DNA of 64,000 nt, from positions 34,658,001-34,722,000 of the forward strand of contig OX597814.1 in assembly GCA_951406725.2 (NCBI GenBank), read 5' to 3'. The notes under the pieces are model-generated. The model saw only the letters and a program-made list of their open reading frames with translations. It did not search any database and was not told where the DNA came from. A program made the position numbers and the translations under genes. How positions within the stretch are numbered: position 1 is the first letter of the stretch; every line of letters starts with the position of its first letter. This document shows, one piece after another, positions 1-13,817 of the stretch. The stretch comes from Octopus vulgaris (Eukaryota).

Positions 1-611
1 TTTCAATAGATATTACCCAACTCTTTCTACTACGTTCTCGGTGGCTCGACCAATTCAGAATTAAGAACTGTAGTGTGTAAATTACATGCGGTGGTTCATT
101 AGAGTGCAATTTAGCTGTTAAGATATATTACCTTCATTGCAGCATCTCGTTGTAGCCACAATAAGATAGGCATGATGGGCACTGATGAAGCGTAGCAGTA
201 GTTGTCTGCACTCGCCACTGGACGTTTGCAACCCGCCACAAAGTTTTATAATGATATTTTTGTGCGTTTCTAAGTTTCTTTTTTATATTCTTTTGATATC
301 TGGACTGAGGTTAGAATTTCCGTTTCTAGGGTGGCGTTTCTTCTTCTTCTTCTTCTTCTTCTTACGTTTTTTTTAAATGTCATACATATCATAAGCTTTT
401 TAATGCCTGTACAATTAGTACATTTAATGGCAGCTATTCTTGAAAGAAAATTCTTAAGTTCCAACGAAAATCTTGATGCTAAAATCCTAAGAACGCGAAA
501 TAATATACTTACTTCCACTTGCTATTGCATCATTCCTGCTAATTGTCTCCTTAACGGTAATTGTCATTGAAAGCTTTGATCTACTGCGTTAAATTCAATT
601 TTGTCGTTATA

Positions 612-820
612 AAGCGGTGGGTTGGCAGAAGTGCTAGCATGCCGGCAAAATGCTTTGCGGTATTATGTCCATTTTACGTTCTGAGTCCAAATGACGCCGG
701 GGTGACTTTGTCTTTCAGCCTTTCGGGGCCGATAAAATAAGTATTAGTTGTGCACTAGGGTTGACCTAATCAATATAGCCCCTCCTCCAAGATTGCTGGC
801 CTTGTACCAAACTTTGAAAC
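612..820 (+). mobile_element. Decayed tRNA-derived SINE, same family as 20198-20447
   Basis: Aligns by eye to 20198-20447: GGCAGAA..TAGCA head, GAGTCCAAAT B-box-like motif, GACTTTGTCTTTCAGCCTTTCGGGGCCGATAAAATAAGT central domain. Confidence 0.75.
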
Positions 821-904
821 CACTATTCTTATCGTTGCTGAGGATGGTGAGTTTGAAGAATCGTTAAAGTCCATACTCTCAACTCGCAGTCCATACTTTC
901 AACT

Positions 905-1230
905 CCAGTATTTCATTGATTCATTATATTATCGATGCCGAAAGGATGATAAGCATTGCTGACCACGGAGTAATTTGAAATTAGAAAGAAAAGAGCCAGG
1001 AATAAATAACACAAAGTACTTTTTCTGATGATCTTCACCGGCCTAATAATGATAATAATGCCTTGAAATGTCGGTATAAATCCAGCAAACTTACAAGGAG
1101 AGGGTTAGTCGACTTAAGTGATACTTTTTTAATAATCCGAAAGGATGAAACTGAAAGGCGAACTCAACAATATTTGAAATGCCGCTTAGCTTTTTCTCCG
1201 ACATGCATACTATTCTGCCAGCTCGTTGCC
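905..1230 (-). mobile_element. Two heavily decayed reverse copies of the same SINE family
   Basis: CCGAAAGGATGA motifs at ~938 and ~1137, and TTCTGCCAGCTCG (reverse complement of the SINE head) at ~1213. Confidence 0.55.
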
Positions 1231-1267
1231 TTCCTGATGATGATAATAATATTTAACTTTGACATAA

Positions 1268-1654
1268 TGGAAGCACTCTGTCGGTTACGACGACGCAGGT
1301 TCCGGTTGATCCGAATCAATGGAACAGCCTGCTCGTGAAATTAACGTGTAAGTGGCTGAGCATTCCACAGACACGTGTACCCTTAACGTAGTTCTCGGGG
1401 ATATTCAGCGTGACACAGAGAGTGACAAGGCCGGCCCTTTGAAATACAGGTACAACAGAAACAGGAAGTAAGAGTGAGAGAAAGTTGTGGTGAAAGAGTA
1501 CAGCAGGGATCACCACCATCCCCTGCCGGAGCCTCGTGGAGCTTTAGGTGTTTTCGCTCAATAAACACTCACAACGCCCGGTCTGGGAATCGAAACCGCG
1601 ATCCTATGACTGCGAGTCCGCTGCCCTAACCACTGGGCCATTGCGCCTCCACTC
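1268..1654 (-). mobile_element. Full-length tRNA(Arg)-derived SINE (Octopus OR-type) with 11-bp target-site duplication
   Basis: Minus strand begins GGAGGCGCAATGGCCCAGTGGTTAGGGCAGCGGACTCGC, with A box TGGCCCAGTGG, anticodon-like TCG and B box GTTTCGATTCC. Flanking direct repeat CTTTGACATAA at 1257-1267 and 1655-1665. Confidence 0.9.
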
Positions 1655-2459
1655 CTTTGACATAAAGCCATATATTACTATGGGTATATCTTTCGACTGC
1701 AGTATTTGATTGGTATTTACTCCAGCGACTTTATAAGAACCAAACGTAAAAACTCAACTTCAAAATTATTGATAGTTTATTCGGACATTTCCATGAGAGT
1801 CCGAAGTAATCTCATGTAATACAATTGTTACATTGTTGAATACATAACAGAATAAGGTAACCTAATATGTTCCCGATTAATGCTATGGTAGTCAACAAAA
1901 TCAGGCATATACTCAGATGATAGTAGGAGTTTTTCTCTGATACGTTAATTTAATTTATTAGGTTGCTGAGGCACCAGCTCAGATGTTTATCGTTAACAAT
2001 GTCGGTGTTGTTAAATAGCATTTATCACCTCATTACCGTGTAGCAGCAACTTCAATAATTTCCCGAGATTTACAAAACACAATCATAATAAGCTAATACA
2101 ATAGTCTCCAATAATTTCTATTTAAGCCTTTCTATCAAGCCCGAGTGATGGTTCTGATTGTGATCTAAATTTAGTTGGAATTTATCAAATCTATTTAAAG
2201 AGCCTGTAATTCAAATATACTTATAGCCTGAAGACACTTCCTAATTGTTGTTGAGGTGTTGTGATAAATATTAGTCAGTAACTGTTTCCATACAGGAATT
2301 TTGACTAGATGAAGTGTACTATAATGTTTCAAATTAATCATAGGTCCGCTAACATAATATAATTAAGCATCAGTGTCTATAAATGCATTTATTTGTGACA
2401 CCAATTATCTAATACATTTCTATGTAGAGCTCCACACACACATATACATATATACATAC

Positions 2460-2514
<55 letters not shown>

Positions 2515-2810
2515 TACACTCAGTCATACATATAGGCACATATAATTACGTGTATGTATATATATAAATACACTTACAAATAGGTGCGCATACTTCTTTG
2601 TTGTATATATATATATCAATCTATATGTGCATATGGAAAATATATGAATATATATATATATATATATATATACATACATACAGGTATATATATATACACA
2701 CAGACATATGTATATATAAATATATATGAATATTTACTTGAATGAATATATGTGCCAATACATACACGTACAAATATGTTCCTATGTTTGTCTGTATGTA
2801 TATATATGTA

Positions 2811-2845
<35 letters not shown>

Positions 2846-3589
2846 ATGCAAGTGTTTAAACGGAACATTAAGATGTGTGTCATAATGAGAATTATAGACA
2901 TAATTACTACAAATTAATATGATTAACGAAATAATATACTGAATGTTACGAGGAAACAAAGTTTCAATTGATGGTAAACATATGTAATTATTTCTCTATG
3001 AAGAGTTCGTTCAGTAAATAGTCTTTCTGAATTTATGAAATGGAAATCAAGAAAAAACGGAAAGAAAAAAATGAAATTATATGATTTTCTAGTCATAGAA
3101 AATTATATAATTCTTTGTTTTTTTTTCTTTTTCAAAAGCGTGAAATTGTTTCACTTTTACGTTTTTTTTTTTCACAGTCATATAATGATTTTCAGAGAAT
3201 CATATTTAAACGCCTTTATCACTCTTTGAATTAACTTTATAAAGAATGAGTAGGTTAGTAAGTAAAAAGATTCTATCAGAGGAATTTAGATGACATTACA
3301 GTAAAGTGCTACATTTTGCATATTTTCTTGCATATGTTTATTGCTCTGCTTACGGATTAAAATTTCGAAATAAAATACTAATTAATGTGTTTCTTTTGCT
3401 TGAAAATCTCAGAAAATTGGAACGAAAAAATGCATATACACGTATACATACATATATGTAAATGTATGAATCTGTCTGTCTGTCTGTCTCTTTATATATA
3501 TGTACACATATACACATACGATACGTGAACACACACATACATATATGCGTAATATATATATATATTCATATATACATATACATACATAC

Positions 3590-3712
3590 AAAATACCCCG
3601 TTGTTGATGATGAAATTCCAATGATCGATCCTTGGATCTAGGTTATAAACCGGCTCTTTCTCTATTGACAAGAAATCTTGAAATATAACTGAATAATGAC
3701 ATAGATACATAG
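3590..3712. repeat. ~120-bp dispersed repeat flanked by (TACA)n; second copy at 11975-12090
   Basis: Both copies share GAAATTCCAATGA..CCTTGGATCTAGGTTA..CCGGCTCTTT..AATCTTGAAAT..ACTGAATAATGACAT. Confidence 0.8.
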
Positions 3713-3739
3713 ATATACCCACAGATACAATCATACCAT

Positions 3740-3978
3740 CTAAGAGAAAAACAGCACCATGACGCAATTCCACAAAATTGGAAACGACATGCTGTACTGC
3801 TTGGCATTCGCTCCGGAAGCTCAAATACGAACATTTCAGAGTGCTTGGGTGTCAATCTGAGGACATGTATCGAGAGCAATGAATATCAAATATCCAGTCA
3901 ACATCATGGTGTTTGGAGTAACCACTAGTTATGGGGACGGTATGCCTCCATTTATCTTCCTACACGACCACACACTCA
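3740..3978 (+). mobile_element. Tc1/mariner (maT/DD37D-like) internally deleted transposon fragment
   Basis: Homologous to 30970-31210; encodes KYPVNIMVFGVTTSYGDGMPPFIF, the region after the first catalytic Asp. Confidence 0.75.
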
Positions 3979-4415
3979 AAAGATAACGAAACATCATATG
4001 TGATTATGTGGAAAATAATTGAGAAACCCATGCCTTATGTTAATGGATCGAATAAATGTAGGCTTTGTTTAGCCGAAAGATTGCAGATCTTGTTCATATG
4101 CCTAACTTTCTACTGAACTGTAGGTATGAAATTTTCAGCGATTGCAAGCATATGTATAAATATATTTTGAAGAGTTCCTGATGAACTCCTTTACCTTTTT
4201 TAATTTTCACTTTTTATATTTTAGCTTTTCTGATGTCGCTTCCCGTTTTTCGTTTTCTTTTTTATCTTCGCGTTTTCTATATGCTGCCTTCTCAGTTTTA
4301 GTTCGTTATGATATGTCTTTTGTGTCAGATGAATATATGTTTGAGATATTTCTCAACATATGAGACTACTAATAACACTTAAAGACATGTATTGTGTCCT
4401 TTAAATAAATAATAA
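3979..4415 (+). mobile_element. Penelope-like element 3' end: C-terminal GIY-YIG region plus tail with a decayed hammerhead motif
   Basis: Translation WKIIEKPMPYVNGSNKCRLCLAERLQIL...LLNCRYEIFSDCKHMYKY matches the CxLCLxE...LLNxRxE..SxCxH C-terminus of PLE endonucleases. CAGATGA-stem-GAGAC remnant at ~4326-4366. Confidence 0.7.
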
Positions 4416-4494
4416 ACACATGTGTATGTATGTGTATGTGTGTATATGTATATATGTATGTATGTTTATGTATGCATGTATGTATGTATGTATC

Positions 4495-4890
4495 ATCTGA
4501 GTAGATCTTTTACAGTTCGCAGGAGATAAGCATAAACATTCTCTTTCTCATTGACTTTGAAAGACTTATCTAGATCTGCTGGATAGCTGATATCTACAAA
4601 AAGTACCCAGTTGTTCCTTACTGTCACAAAATATCGTACCAGGTCTGATGTGTTCGCATTTAATGGAAATTAAAGAGAATGTCCCGTAAATATTCTTTCT
4701 GTTTGCTGCAGTATTTAGTATCAAAATCACTTCGTATATTTGCCCAGGGTATTCTTCCTACGTACATCTTTGCATAATGTTTCAGTAATACCTTAGCACA
4801 TAAAACAACTAGTACCTTAATGAGCATTAGAGATAGTTGATGTCCATCTTACAATATGTTTAAAAGTGTGACATGGCCGACGATTTCCAC
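4495..4890 (-). mobile_element. R4/Dong-type non-LTR retrotransposon, restriction-like endonuclease fragment
   Basis: Minus strand, with frameshifts: SIKCEHIRPGTIFCDSKEQLG..VDISYPADLDKSFKVNEKENVY, a degenerate RPD...E/DISCP...EK..Y motif. Confidence 0.7.
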
Positions 4891-6282
4891 CCAAGATTAG
4901 GGATTTTTATAGATTTTTTCTCTATTTTATTCAAGATGTATTTTCTCTCTCTCGCTCTCTGTTGCGCATTGAAAACTTTAGCCTGTAAAATGTGAATCGA
5001 TGCAACATTTATGAGTAAAAAAGAAGCTACTCTTCCTCTTGATATTGGTAATATTCTCAGGAATTTCTACAAAAATACACACACCATTGTAGTATTTTGT
5101 CGGCATGCTGTTATTGTTTTCTATGACTTTGTCGAGGTATATTTGTTTAGTACATTTAACGCTGCATCGAATGTCATTGAAAATCGAATGTTTCGTGACG
5201 AATTTTCTCCCTATGTAAGATATTATTTTCTTTATCTGTTGATGACGATGATGGGACTGATTTTATACGGAGTCTAGTGAAGTATCTCAAATGTTGATTC
5301 CACTACTAGTACTATAAATGAATTGTGTGATATTGTTTTGTTCTGAGAGGGAAGATCCGATTACTATATATTTGAAATCTGATATAATAATTTTTGGTTA
5401 CCCTATCGTTATTTACAATATGGGGAAATACAGAGACGACTAATGCTAAAGATTTTCGTTTATAGGAAGCAATGTTCTCACTTTTAAATAAAACTGAACT
5501 TATTTTGTTGGCTAAATTCCACCCTAATATTAGCTAAAATTGTTTTCTGAATTAAGTTGTTTCTCATCATTGTAGCTATTTCCAATACAGACCTTTAAAT
5601 CACATGCATTCGCGTATATTGAATTGTACAGCCCAGGACATAACTATTATATATATATTTTAAAGAAATTACAATGGATTTAGTGCCAAAATAAAAAGAA
5701 ATACAGTTAAACTATCTCCTCCGAATATTACTATAAAAATTGGAAATTTTAGAAAGTATCACTATACATTTAGTTACAAGTAACGAATATTTGAGCTGGT
5801 GTTATATGAGGTGTTATGGCAGTAACCAGGGAAACATGTACATTTTGAAATGCAATAATTCAACTAGACTTAGAATTTATTAAACAACATTTTAATAAAA
5901 AGGTCATATTAACAGAAGAACTTTACAATTTTTAACTTCAGGCAATGCTGTTGTTCAGCACATCTCATTTCTTCCTTTCTATTTGCCTGCTCATTAATCA
6001 CAAGTTTGTTCGACTTTAGATGGTATCTCCGTCCAGATGTATGTTCTAAGTGTTACTATGCATGCATGAATGTATTTCTGCATGGAATCAAGTGAATATA
6101 TAACTGAGTTTAAATATTCAGAGATATCTTCGGTGGGTGCTATGTTAAAATAATTAATTATGAGCAAAAGAGTGGCTACATACGTTCAATCATGTACAAT
6201 TGATATAACTAAGCATTTTACTCTACAATACACACACACACATACATAGGTATATGTATACATACATATACACATACATACA

Positions 6283-6329
<47 letters not shown>

Positions 6330-6337
<8 letters not shown>

Positions 6338-6876
6338 TATATAATAGCCATTCTGTCTGTGTGTCTTCTAGGATCTCGGGCACCCTCCATCCGATTGCGC
6401 TCAAATTTGATATGTAGATATCGACGGTATCACGGCGTGTATAAGTATTGAAAGAATTACAAAAATCGATTCCAGGTGAGAATGTGATCGATACAGCCGT
6501 TTTTGTCCTGCTTTTCTTCCGTCAACCTGTACATAACTGCACCTTCCATTTTTTTTTGTTTTTGTACTCGTTTCTTTCCTGCCACGCTTACTGTTTAAAC
6601 CATGTTTGTGTTCTCTCAGTCAAAAGCCTTATCATTACTGGTATTTTAAACTCTTCGGTTGCATATTTGTGTGAATAAAATCGTTTTTCTTTGGAATGGA
6701 AAAAAAGTCTATCTATATATCTTCTTTTGGTGGTGTCTTAAATTTAGGTTAAATTAGTGTTTCTCAAAGGGGAGGCTTATGGCCTACGGGACGGTCGGAC
6801 AAGGTATTTTGAAAAAATTTGGTTTAAATGTTTGACAACTCAGCACCATCCATTGGACGGGAAGGGCGTTTTGCTC

Positions 6877-6877
<1 letters not shown>
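6330..6877 (+). mobile_element. Non-autonomous Helitron, with a second copy of its 3' end at 7275-7406
   Basis: 5' TATATAATAGCCATTCTGTCTGTGTGTC..CCGATTGCGCTCAAATTTG is typical of Helitron starts. 3' hairpin CCATCC-ATT-GGACGG followed by CTCG|T (6874-6877), and by CTAG|T (7403-7406) in the second copy. Confidence 0.65.
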
Positions 6878-6945
<68 letters not shown>

Positions 6946-6951
6946 CATATA

Positions 6952-7250
6952 GGCGCAGGAGTGGCACCTTGGGCAAATGTCTTCTACTATAGCCTCAGGC
7001 CGCCCAAAGCCTTGTGAGTGGATTTGGTAGACGGAAACTGAAAGAAGTCCGTCGTATATATGTATATATATGTGTATGTATACGTTTGTGTCTGTGTTTG
7101 TCACACCGATGGTGGTGTGTTTACGTCCCCGTCACTTAGCGGCTCTGCAAAAAGAACGATAGAATAAGTACTACACTTACAAAGAATAAGTGCGGTGCTC
7201 CAGCATGGCCGCAGTCAAATGACTGAAACAAATAAAAGAATAAAAGAAAA
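6952..7250 (+). mobile_element. SINE (Octopus CORE-like family) with most of the tRNA head deleted
   Basis: GGCGCAGGAGTGGC joined directly to ACCTTGGGCAAATGTCTTCTACTATAG; tail CTCCAGCATGGCCGCAGTCAAATGACTGAAAC. Compare the copy with an intact head at 43260-43490. Confidence 0.8.
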
Positions 7251-7405
7251 AAGAATGTATATATATATATATAAGCGTTGTCTCAAATTTAGGTTAAATC
7301 AGTTTTTCTCTATGGGACAGTCGGGCAAATTGTTTTGAGAAAAATTTGGTTTAAATGTTTGACAACTCAGCACCATCCATTGGACGGTAGAGGGTCGTTT
7401 TTCTA

Positions 7406-7461
<56 letters not shown>

Positions 7462-7519
7462 GTACGTATGTATGTATGTATGTATGTATGTATGTATGTA
7501 TGTATGTATGTATGTATGA

Positions 7520-7571
<52 letters not shown>

Positions 7572-7699
7572 CGTTGTCTGCGGTAAATGGAGAAGCGGTG
7601 ATGAGTGGCAATTCTGTAGATAGTAATAATAAAAGAGATCCTAATAGTGACAAACCTATCATTGATGCAAAAAACATCAATCAAAACGCAAAGACATTG

Positions 7700-8742
7700 T
7701 TCCAACATTTTGCCATCTTGGTTTTACAGTACGTTTTAAGTGTCCAGTTTTCCCACAATGGAAGCATTCCACTTGCTTAAATGGGTAGTTTTTTTCTTAG
7801 CTGTAGACCTCCACATGCAAAACATGGGTTTGTTTCCTGATTTTTGTCCTGTTTGTACTGTATTTTAGTACACACTTGATTTCAATTCTGCCTATTTAAC
7901 ACTTGTTTAACTTGGGAGCCACATTTGTGTTCTATTTTTTCTGTGTCGTGCCTTAAACTTACTATTTCTCACACTCTTCTGACACTTGTAAGGTTACAGC
8001 GTGGTTTTGTTTCAGCTTAGGGAGAATTCTTGTTCTTCTGCGTCTTTTTCTGAAGTTAGTCCCTGATAAATATTAGGCACTTGAACATGTCTGGCGTTAA
8101 CTCGCCGAGTTTGAGCTTTTCACATTTTCCTTTAACTCTACCAGCTTATGTGATGCAGTGTTCCTCAATGTTCTATTCAAGGCTAAAAAATTTCCAGCGT
8201 GTATTGAAGAACGAGCTTTTCTCGCTAAAAAATTTACACAATATTGTATTTCTAAATTTTATGTCTGAAGGTTTGTCGTAATTGCTGTAACACTCAAGTT
8301 CTCCTGCTGTCAGTTTTCTAAGGATTAGACGCGTTTTGATATCGTCGTCCCATTCTTTGCACTCTTAATTGAAGATCTGCAGTTGTTGATGTTGATTTTG
8401 CATCTCGAGGAAACCGGCCATCAATTCTTCCGTAATTTTACTATTTTGTATACCGTAAAATTCGCACAAGAAACTATTATGAATTTCGCAATTCCTTGTG
8501 AGTTTGTTTAATTCTCGCGAGTTTGTTAATTCCTCGTCTCCACTGTTTTACTGCAACGTCGGATTGTTATAATGACCACTCAAGTATATCAGCATGATTA
8601 GTTAAACAAATAAAGACACGGCTATCTATGATCGACTTCGCTGACTTCTCCGTCACAGAATTTGTAACGACTGCCTACGTCATTGTATTTGTAACATCTA
8701 GCACATACCACTCGGACGTGGGAGAGCTGTTCCATTATTATA
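7700..8742 (-). mobile_element. Ty3/Gypsy (Mag-like) LTR retrotransposon remnant: 5' LTR, PBS and decayed gag
   Basis: Minus strand encodes WDDDIKTRLILRKL...EKSSFFNTRWKFF...AGRVKGKCEKLKLGELTPDMFKCLIF, then remnants of CxxC zinc knuckles. PBS TGGAGACGAGGA (8542-8531) follows an LTR end ...AAAACA at 8544. Confidence 0.8.
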
Positions 8743-8791
8743 ATTATATCCAATCACACTCATACACACACACACACTCTCTCTCTCTCAC

Positions 8792-8833
<42 letters not shown>

Positions 8834-11144
8834 GGAACTATAGTATAGTGATCTATCTGGCTGTGGGGCGGTTATCTCCCCTGTCAGTATATAAAATGTA
8901 CTTCCTGCGGCTGTAAGAGCCTTTCAGTTCTTATTTCTAGGAATGTAGGTGGCACCCTCAGTCACAACAAATGTTTCCTTTTTGGTTTTATGTTGCGTAT
9001 AGCCGACTTCATTATCGTACATACATATATATATGCGCGCGCGCGCGTGTATGTATGTGTGTGTGAGTATGTGTGCGGGTGTGCATGTGTGCCTGTGTGC
9101 GTCTACTTTTATATATACATATACCTGCACATATATCCATATGCGTTTGGATACAAGCACATATACATAAAAATATTCGTTTCTATGTATATATTTCCTT
9201 TTATAGAAATATGTCGAGACTGTTCAAGTGCAAAAGTAATTATGTTATTTTCTATCAAAGTTTTTATTCATTATGGTCTGAACTGTCGACATCATCTGAA
9301 CTTAAAATCTATTTGAAAGCATCTTAAGTACCAACTTAAAGACGATTATAGCATTCTGAAATTCTGAATAAAATGGCATATTTTGTTTAGTAAGAAAACA
9401 ATTACTGTTAGCCAGCACAATTTACAAAATTGGCAGCATTTCATATCTGTTCGTTTCCTCCTTTATTTCAATAGAATTGCAAATATAATTGACCACCTTG
9501 TTATTTTGTATTGTCACAAGACGTCGGATCTTAAAGGTTGATAACTCTGTCAGTATTTAGTTTTTGCATTTACACAGATGTATGTACCTATGCCTTTTCA
9601 TAGTTGTTTTTTTTTTTATCTCTTCGAATAAATAATATTCTCTTTTAAAACGTACAGAGCTTATATATATTTTGGCATGAATGAATAAGATTATTTATGC
9701 TGTTTCCAACAGTTCATATTTCGCCACCTATTTCAGCGAATATATTTACACAGTAATCTAGGACCTTAATTATATTTCCTTTTATGAATAACAGAATACT
9801 AAAGAAGACGCTCAGATTTGTCGAAGCATGGAATAAACATGCACTGGTTGTTAGCCCTAAGAGCATTGTATTCTTCATAAACTCCATTCTACCCAAATTC
9901 TTTCCCTGACGTGTCTATGCATTTCTCTTAATGGTGTTTTTACTGTTCACTTTTTTGTATATCTTTTATTCGGTATATTGTAGATTCATTTTTGGCCAAC
10001 ATTGCTGTCTTTCTTTACTTGACTTCTTGTTTTCTGTCCGCCACAATTTTACTCTTGACCACTGTATACTATAAGATGATTATTATTTTATTTTTATATA
10101 GTAAGAATGAAGTAAAAAAGATTTTTATTACCAATATTGTGCTATTGACATTACTGCCAGAATGTTACTTTTTACTCAAGAACGGTAATTGTATCGTTAT
10201 TGCACTTTTTTTAATACTGATAATATTCCTGAACTGTAAAATTAGATCCAAGAACTCAAACGCAAACAGAAAAATATATATTACAGTCGTGAGTTAACAT
10301 CGGAAAAAATACTTGCTTATAGAGGACGTTCTGTGCGGCTACAGATATTTGACACTAATGTACTTCAGCAAAGTACTTGAAGAGAGATTTTTCCTTATCA
10401 AAACGGGTACGCACGTCTCTCACAAACATGATGATGATTATGATGATGATTATGATGATGATGATAACATTATTAGAAATTAAAGCTCTACCGGATCCAT
10501 TACCATTAGGTAACTTCATGTTCAGAAAGCGATGCTCTTGATATCTTAGAGCAGAAGACACTTAGAAAATACCTAATGAATAAAAGAGACGGTGAAGCAT
10601 TAAAATCCCTAAATTGTGATAAAAACTAACGGATATATCATACTTCTGTGGACTATATTTGCATACTCCTTGTCTGTACCCGCCAAAATTCTCAAGATAC
10701 GACTGACTTTTCAACGCAGCATGATGTTGCTAATGAATATGGAAAATATTTCTCCTGTTCAGTATACACAAACGTTTCAACATAACGTAATAAATACCTT
10801 TACCTGTATCACATGAATTAACCTATTAATAATTGACCCCATGCGGTGAACATAAGACTAAAGGGAATAATGTTCCTCATTTCTCCTCAGCAGCTTCCTA
10901 CAAAGAGCACTTCCCAAATATTTCTCACTGTTAGTAAAACATTCACATCAGAACTTCTGTCAAATACAAAAATAACAAGGCTGGTACAGTTGCTTGGATC
11001 AGTAACGAAAATTATGTAGACGTCAGCTACGTTGCATATGTGAACATTTCTTAAAAGATTAGCAAGAGAATATATTTTCCTACAACAGCTCTTACAATAT
11101 TATTAATTTACGTGTAACTATAATTATTGGCCTTGTTACAAAAT

Positions 11145-11365
11145 ATATAAGTGGGAACTCAGAAAGCTGAGGCTGTAAAGCGAAGACTATAATCAGCTCA
11201 CATACTATTTAGAAATACACCCTGTAAGTGGAACAGTAAAAATATGTAAGATATTTATAAAGGGTAACATATAACTCTACAACATTGTGGTTACCTGAAT
11301 ATCAGCGATGCAGTTTTGTTTCTTTGTTAGAAAGCAGCTTCTTTACAGACAGAATTAAACGAACT
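11145..11365 (+). repeat. Copy 1 of a ~220-bp module with a TATA-like motif and CT|GTAAGT donor-like site; other copies at ~27205, ~27830, ~28580
   Basis: Shared CTGTAAGTGGAACAGTAAAAATATGTAAGA and a downstream TTTGTTAGAAA.CAGCT block. Confidence 0.7.
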
Positions 11366-11471
11366 ACGAAGGAAAATGTAACATACATATATGCACTTGA
11401 AAACATACATGCATACATGCATACATACACATTCATTCATACATACATACATACATACATACATACATACA

Positions 11472-11502
<31 letters not shown>

Positions 11503-12097
11503 GTATGTATGTTAACATATAACTGGAGATCAGTGAAAAAGGGAACACCTACGCTAAACTATTGAGAAATCTGCAGTTACTCTATACAGATTGCCAGTTC
11601 AGGTTTATACCTGTAGTTATTGGGGCTCTGGGATATGTAACACACTGCCTAAATGCCAATCTTTAGAATTTAGGCTTCTCAAACCCGGAAAAGAGAAAGA
11701 CTACATATCTAATCGATCACTAGAAATGTAAAAATCTGTAGAACTTTCCAGAAGTTTATCATTTAAATATATATGAGCATGTCTAGATATGCAACTATAT
11801 GCATAAAGCAAAACATACACATCTGCATACATACATACATACATACATACATACATACATACATACATACATACATACATACATACATAAATACATACAT
11901 ACATACATACATACATACACACATACATACATACATACATACATACATACATACATACATACATACATACATACAAAATATACTGTTTCTGATGTTGAAA
12001 TTCCAATGAAAGTTCCTTGGATCTAGGTTAGAATCCGGCTCTTTATTGGCAAGGAATCTTGAAATAAAACTGAATAATGACATGCATACAAACATAT

Positions 12098-12525
12098 CTA
12101 CCTACCTACCTACCTACCTACCTACCTACCTACCTACCTACCTACCTACCTACCTACCTACCTACCTACCTACCTACCTGCCTATCTACCTACCTACCTA
12201 CCTACCTACCTACCTACCTACCTACCTACCTACCTACCTACCTACCTACCTACCTACCTACCCACCTACCTACCTACCTACCTACCTACCTACCTACCTA
12301 CCTACCTACCTACCTACCTACCTACCTACCTACCTACCTACCTACCTACCTACCTACCTACCTACCTACCTACCTACCTACCTACCTACCTACCTACCAA
12401 CCCACCTACCTACCCACCTACCTACCCACCTACCTACCTACCTACCTACCTACCTACCTACCTACCTACCTACCTACCTACCTACCTACATGCATGCCTA
12501 CCTACCTACCTACCTACCTACCGAC
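12098..12525. repeat. (TACC)n microsatellite, ~430 bp
   Basis: Direct reading; source of the LPTY ORFs. Confidence 0.98.
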
Positions 12526-13817
12526 CTACATACATACACACATAGATCTTTGATTAGTTTTGTTTCTATGTACTTTTCATCCTGTTGGGTGGTCATAGAA
12601 CCCTCTTCACTAGGCAAGTCCAGTTTGAGACTGGTGTAGTCGCCTACCACTCGACGATGAGTAGATAAACTCGAATTACATGGTTACGAAGCTTAGATTT
12701 CCAGTAGCTTGTGATAAAATTGGTCTCACTTTACAAACCATAACAACAACGGTGTTTCAAATAGCAACCATAATTTCAAAACAAAAAAAAAAAGGGAAAA
12801 AGGTCGAGAACATGGATAATTTAGTATTGGATAATAAATGCCTAAAGGAAGGACGCAATGTCGCGATTTGGACGCCTTTGGTCGTATTTCTCCTCTATCA
12901 ACACTAGCCTGGACTACGATAGTATGACATTAACGTAATAAATCAACAAAATCACCGTCTTGAATTAAGTCAGACTGGTATATATATAAATTTATGCATA
13001 AAAATTATAGACATTACAAGAAAGGAAAAAAGTGAATAATAAGATCGATGCCCGATAATTTTTTAAAAAGCAAAGTGTCACATTGTTATTAAAATACAAC
13101 GACAACGTTGACAACAATACCCAGAGCGAAGATATTTTTGAAAGATGGGCTATAGAAAACATAATTAAAGATAATTTGCTAAGAAGAATTATCTCGAAGC
13201 ATAATTAGTGATTATAGAAGAAATATAATGCGATATAGAAATAAGGCAATTAATCTCAAAGAGACAGAAAATGAATGGTAAATTACAAAAAAAGAACTCC
13301 AAAGAAACCAAAAAAAAAACAACATAAAGAAAAAGAAAAAGAAAAATGTTAAGTAATTTTAAATAAGTTAATAAATAGAACGAATAATTAATCACAGATT
13401 ACTGTTATCAGGTCTAACCTTTTGAATCAAGAACATTCGATCCGATAAGAATGAGTTATATTTCTATTATACTATGTAGATAATCTTGAAATTCAGTAAT
13501 AAATATTTTCAACATGAAAAAGAAACTGAAAACTCCGATCTAATAATTCCACATAAGCTGGTAAAATAAGTAGATTATATGTAATAGTATCTCAATCATG
13601 CTTTCTTTTCATTTCCTAAAATGAAAGACAAATATATGGTGCAAACAATTCTCAATATATTTTTCTTTGCTAAGCAAGATATCCATCATACTGGCACATT
13701 TCACATATACAGAGACACAGACCGGCAGACGGACAAACACACACGCACACATTTGCTATCCACTTCCTCCAGCACTATGCATATAACCCCTAACTTTAAA
13801 CCGACTGATGTCATCAA

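Noticed and set aside
1575-1650. tRNA-Arg-like sequence
   Set aside because: It is the head of a SINE with a body and TSD, and has no proper acceptor stem.
1812-1948. Minus-strand peptide NVSEKNSYYHLSICLILLTTIALIGNILGYLILL resembling a GPCR N-terminus and TM1
   Set aside because: Only ~45 codons between stops, no start codon or good acceptor, and no further TM segments found. Hydrophobic stretches arise by chance in AT-rich DNA.
9714-10297. Hydrophobic ORFs on both strands (possible receptor or hAT transposase fragment)
   Set aside because: No convincing conserved motif; the composition is explained by T-richness.
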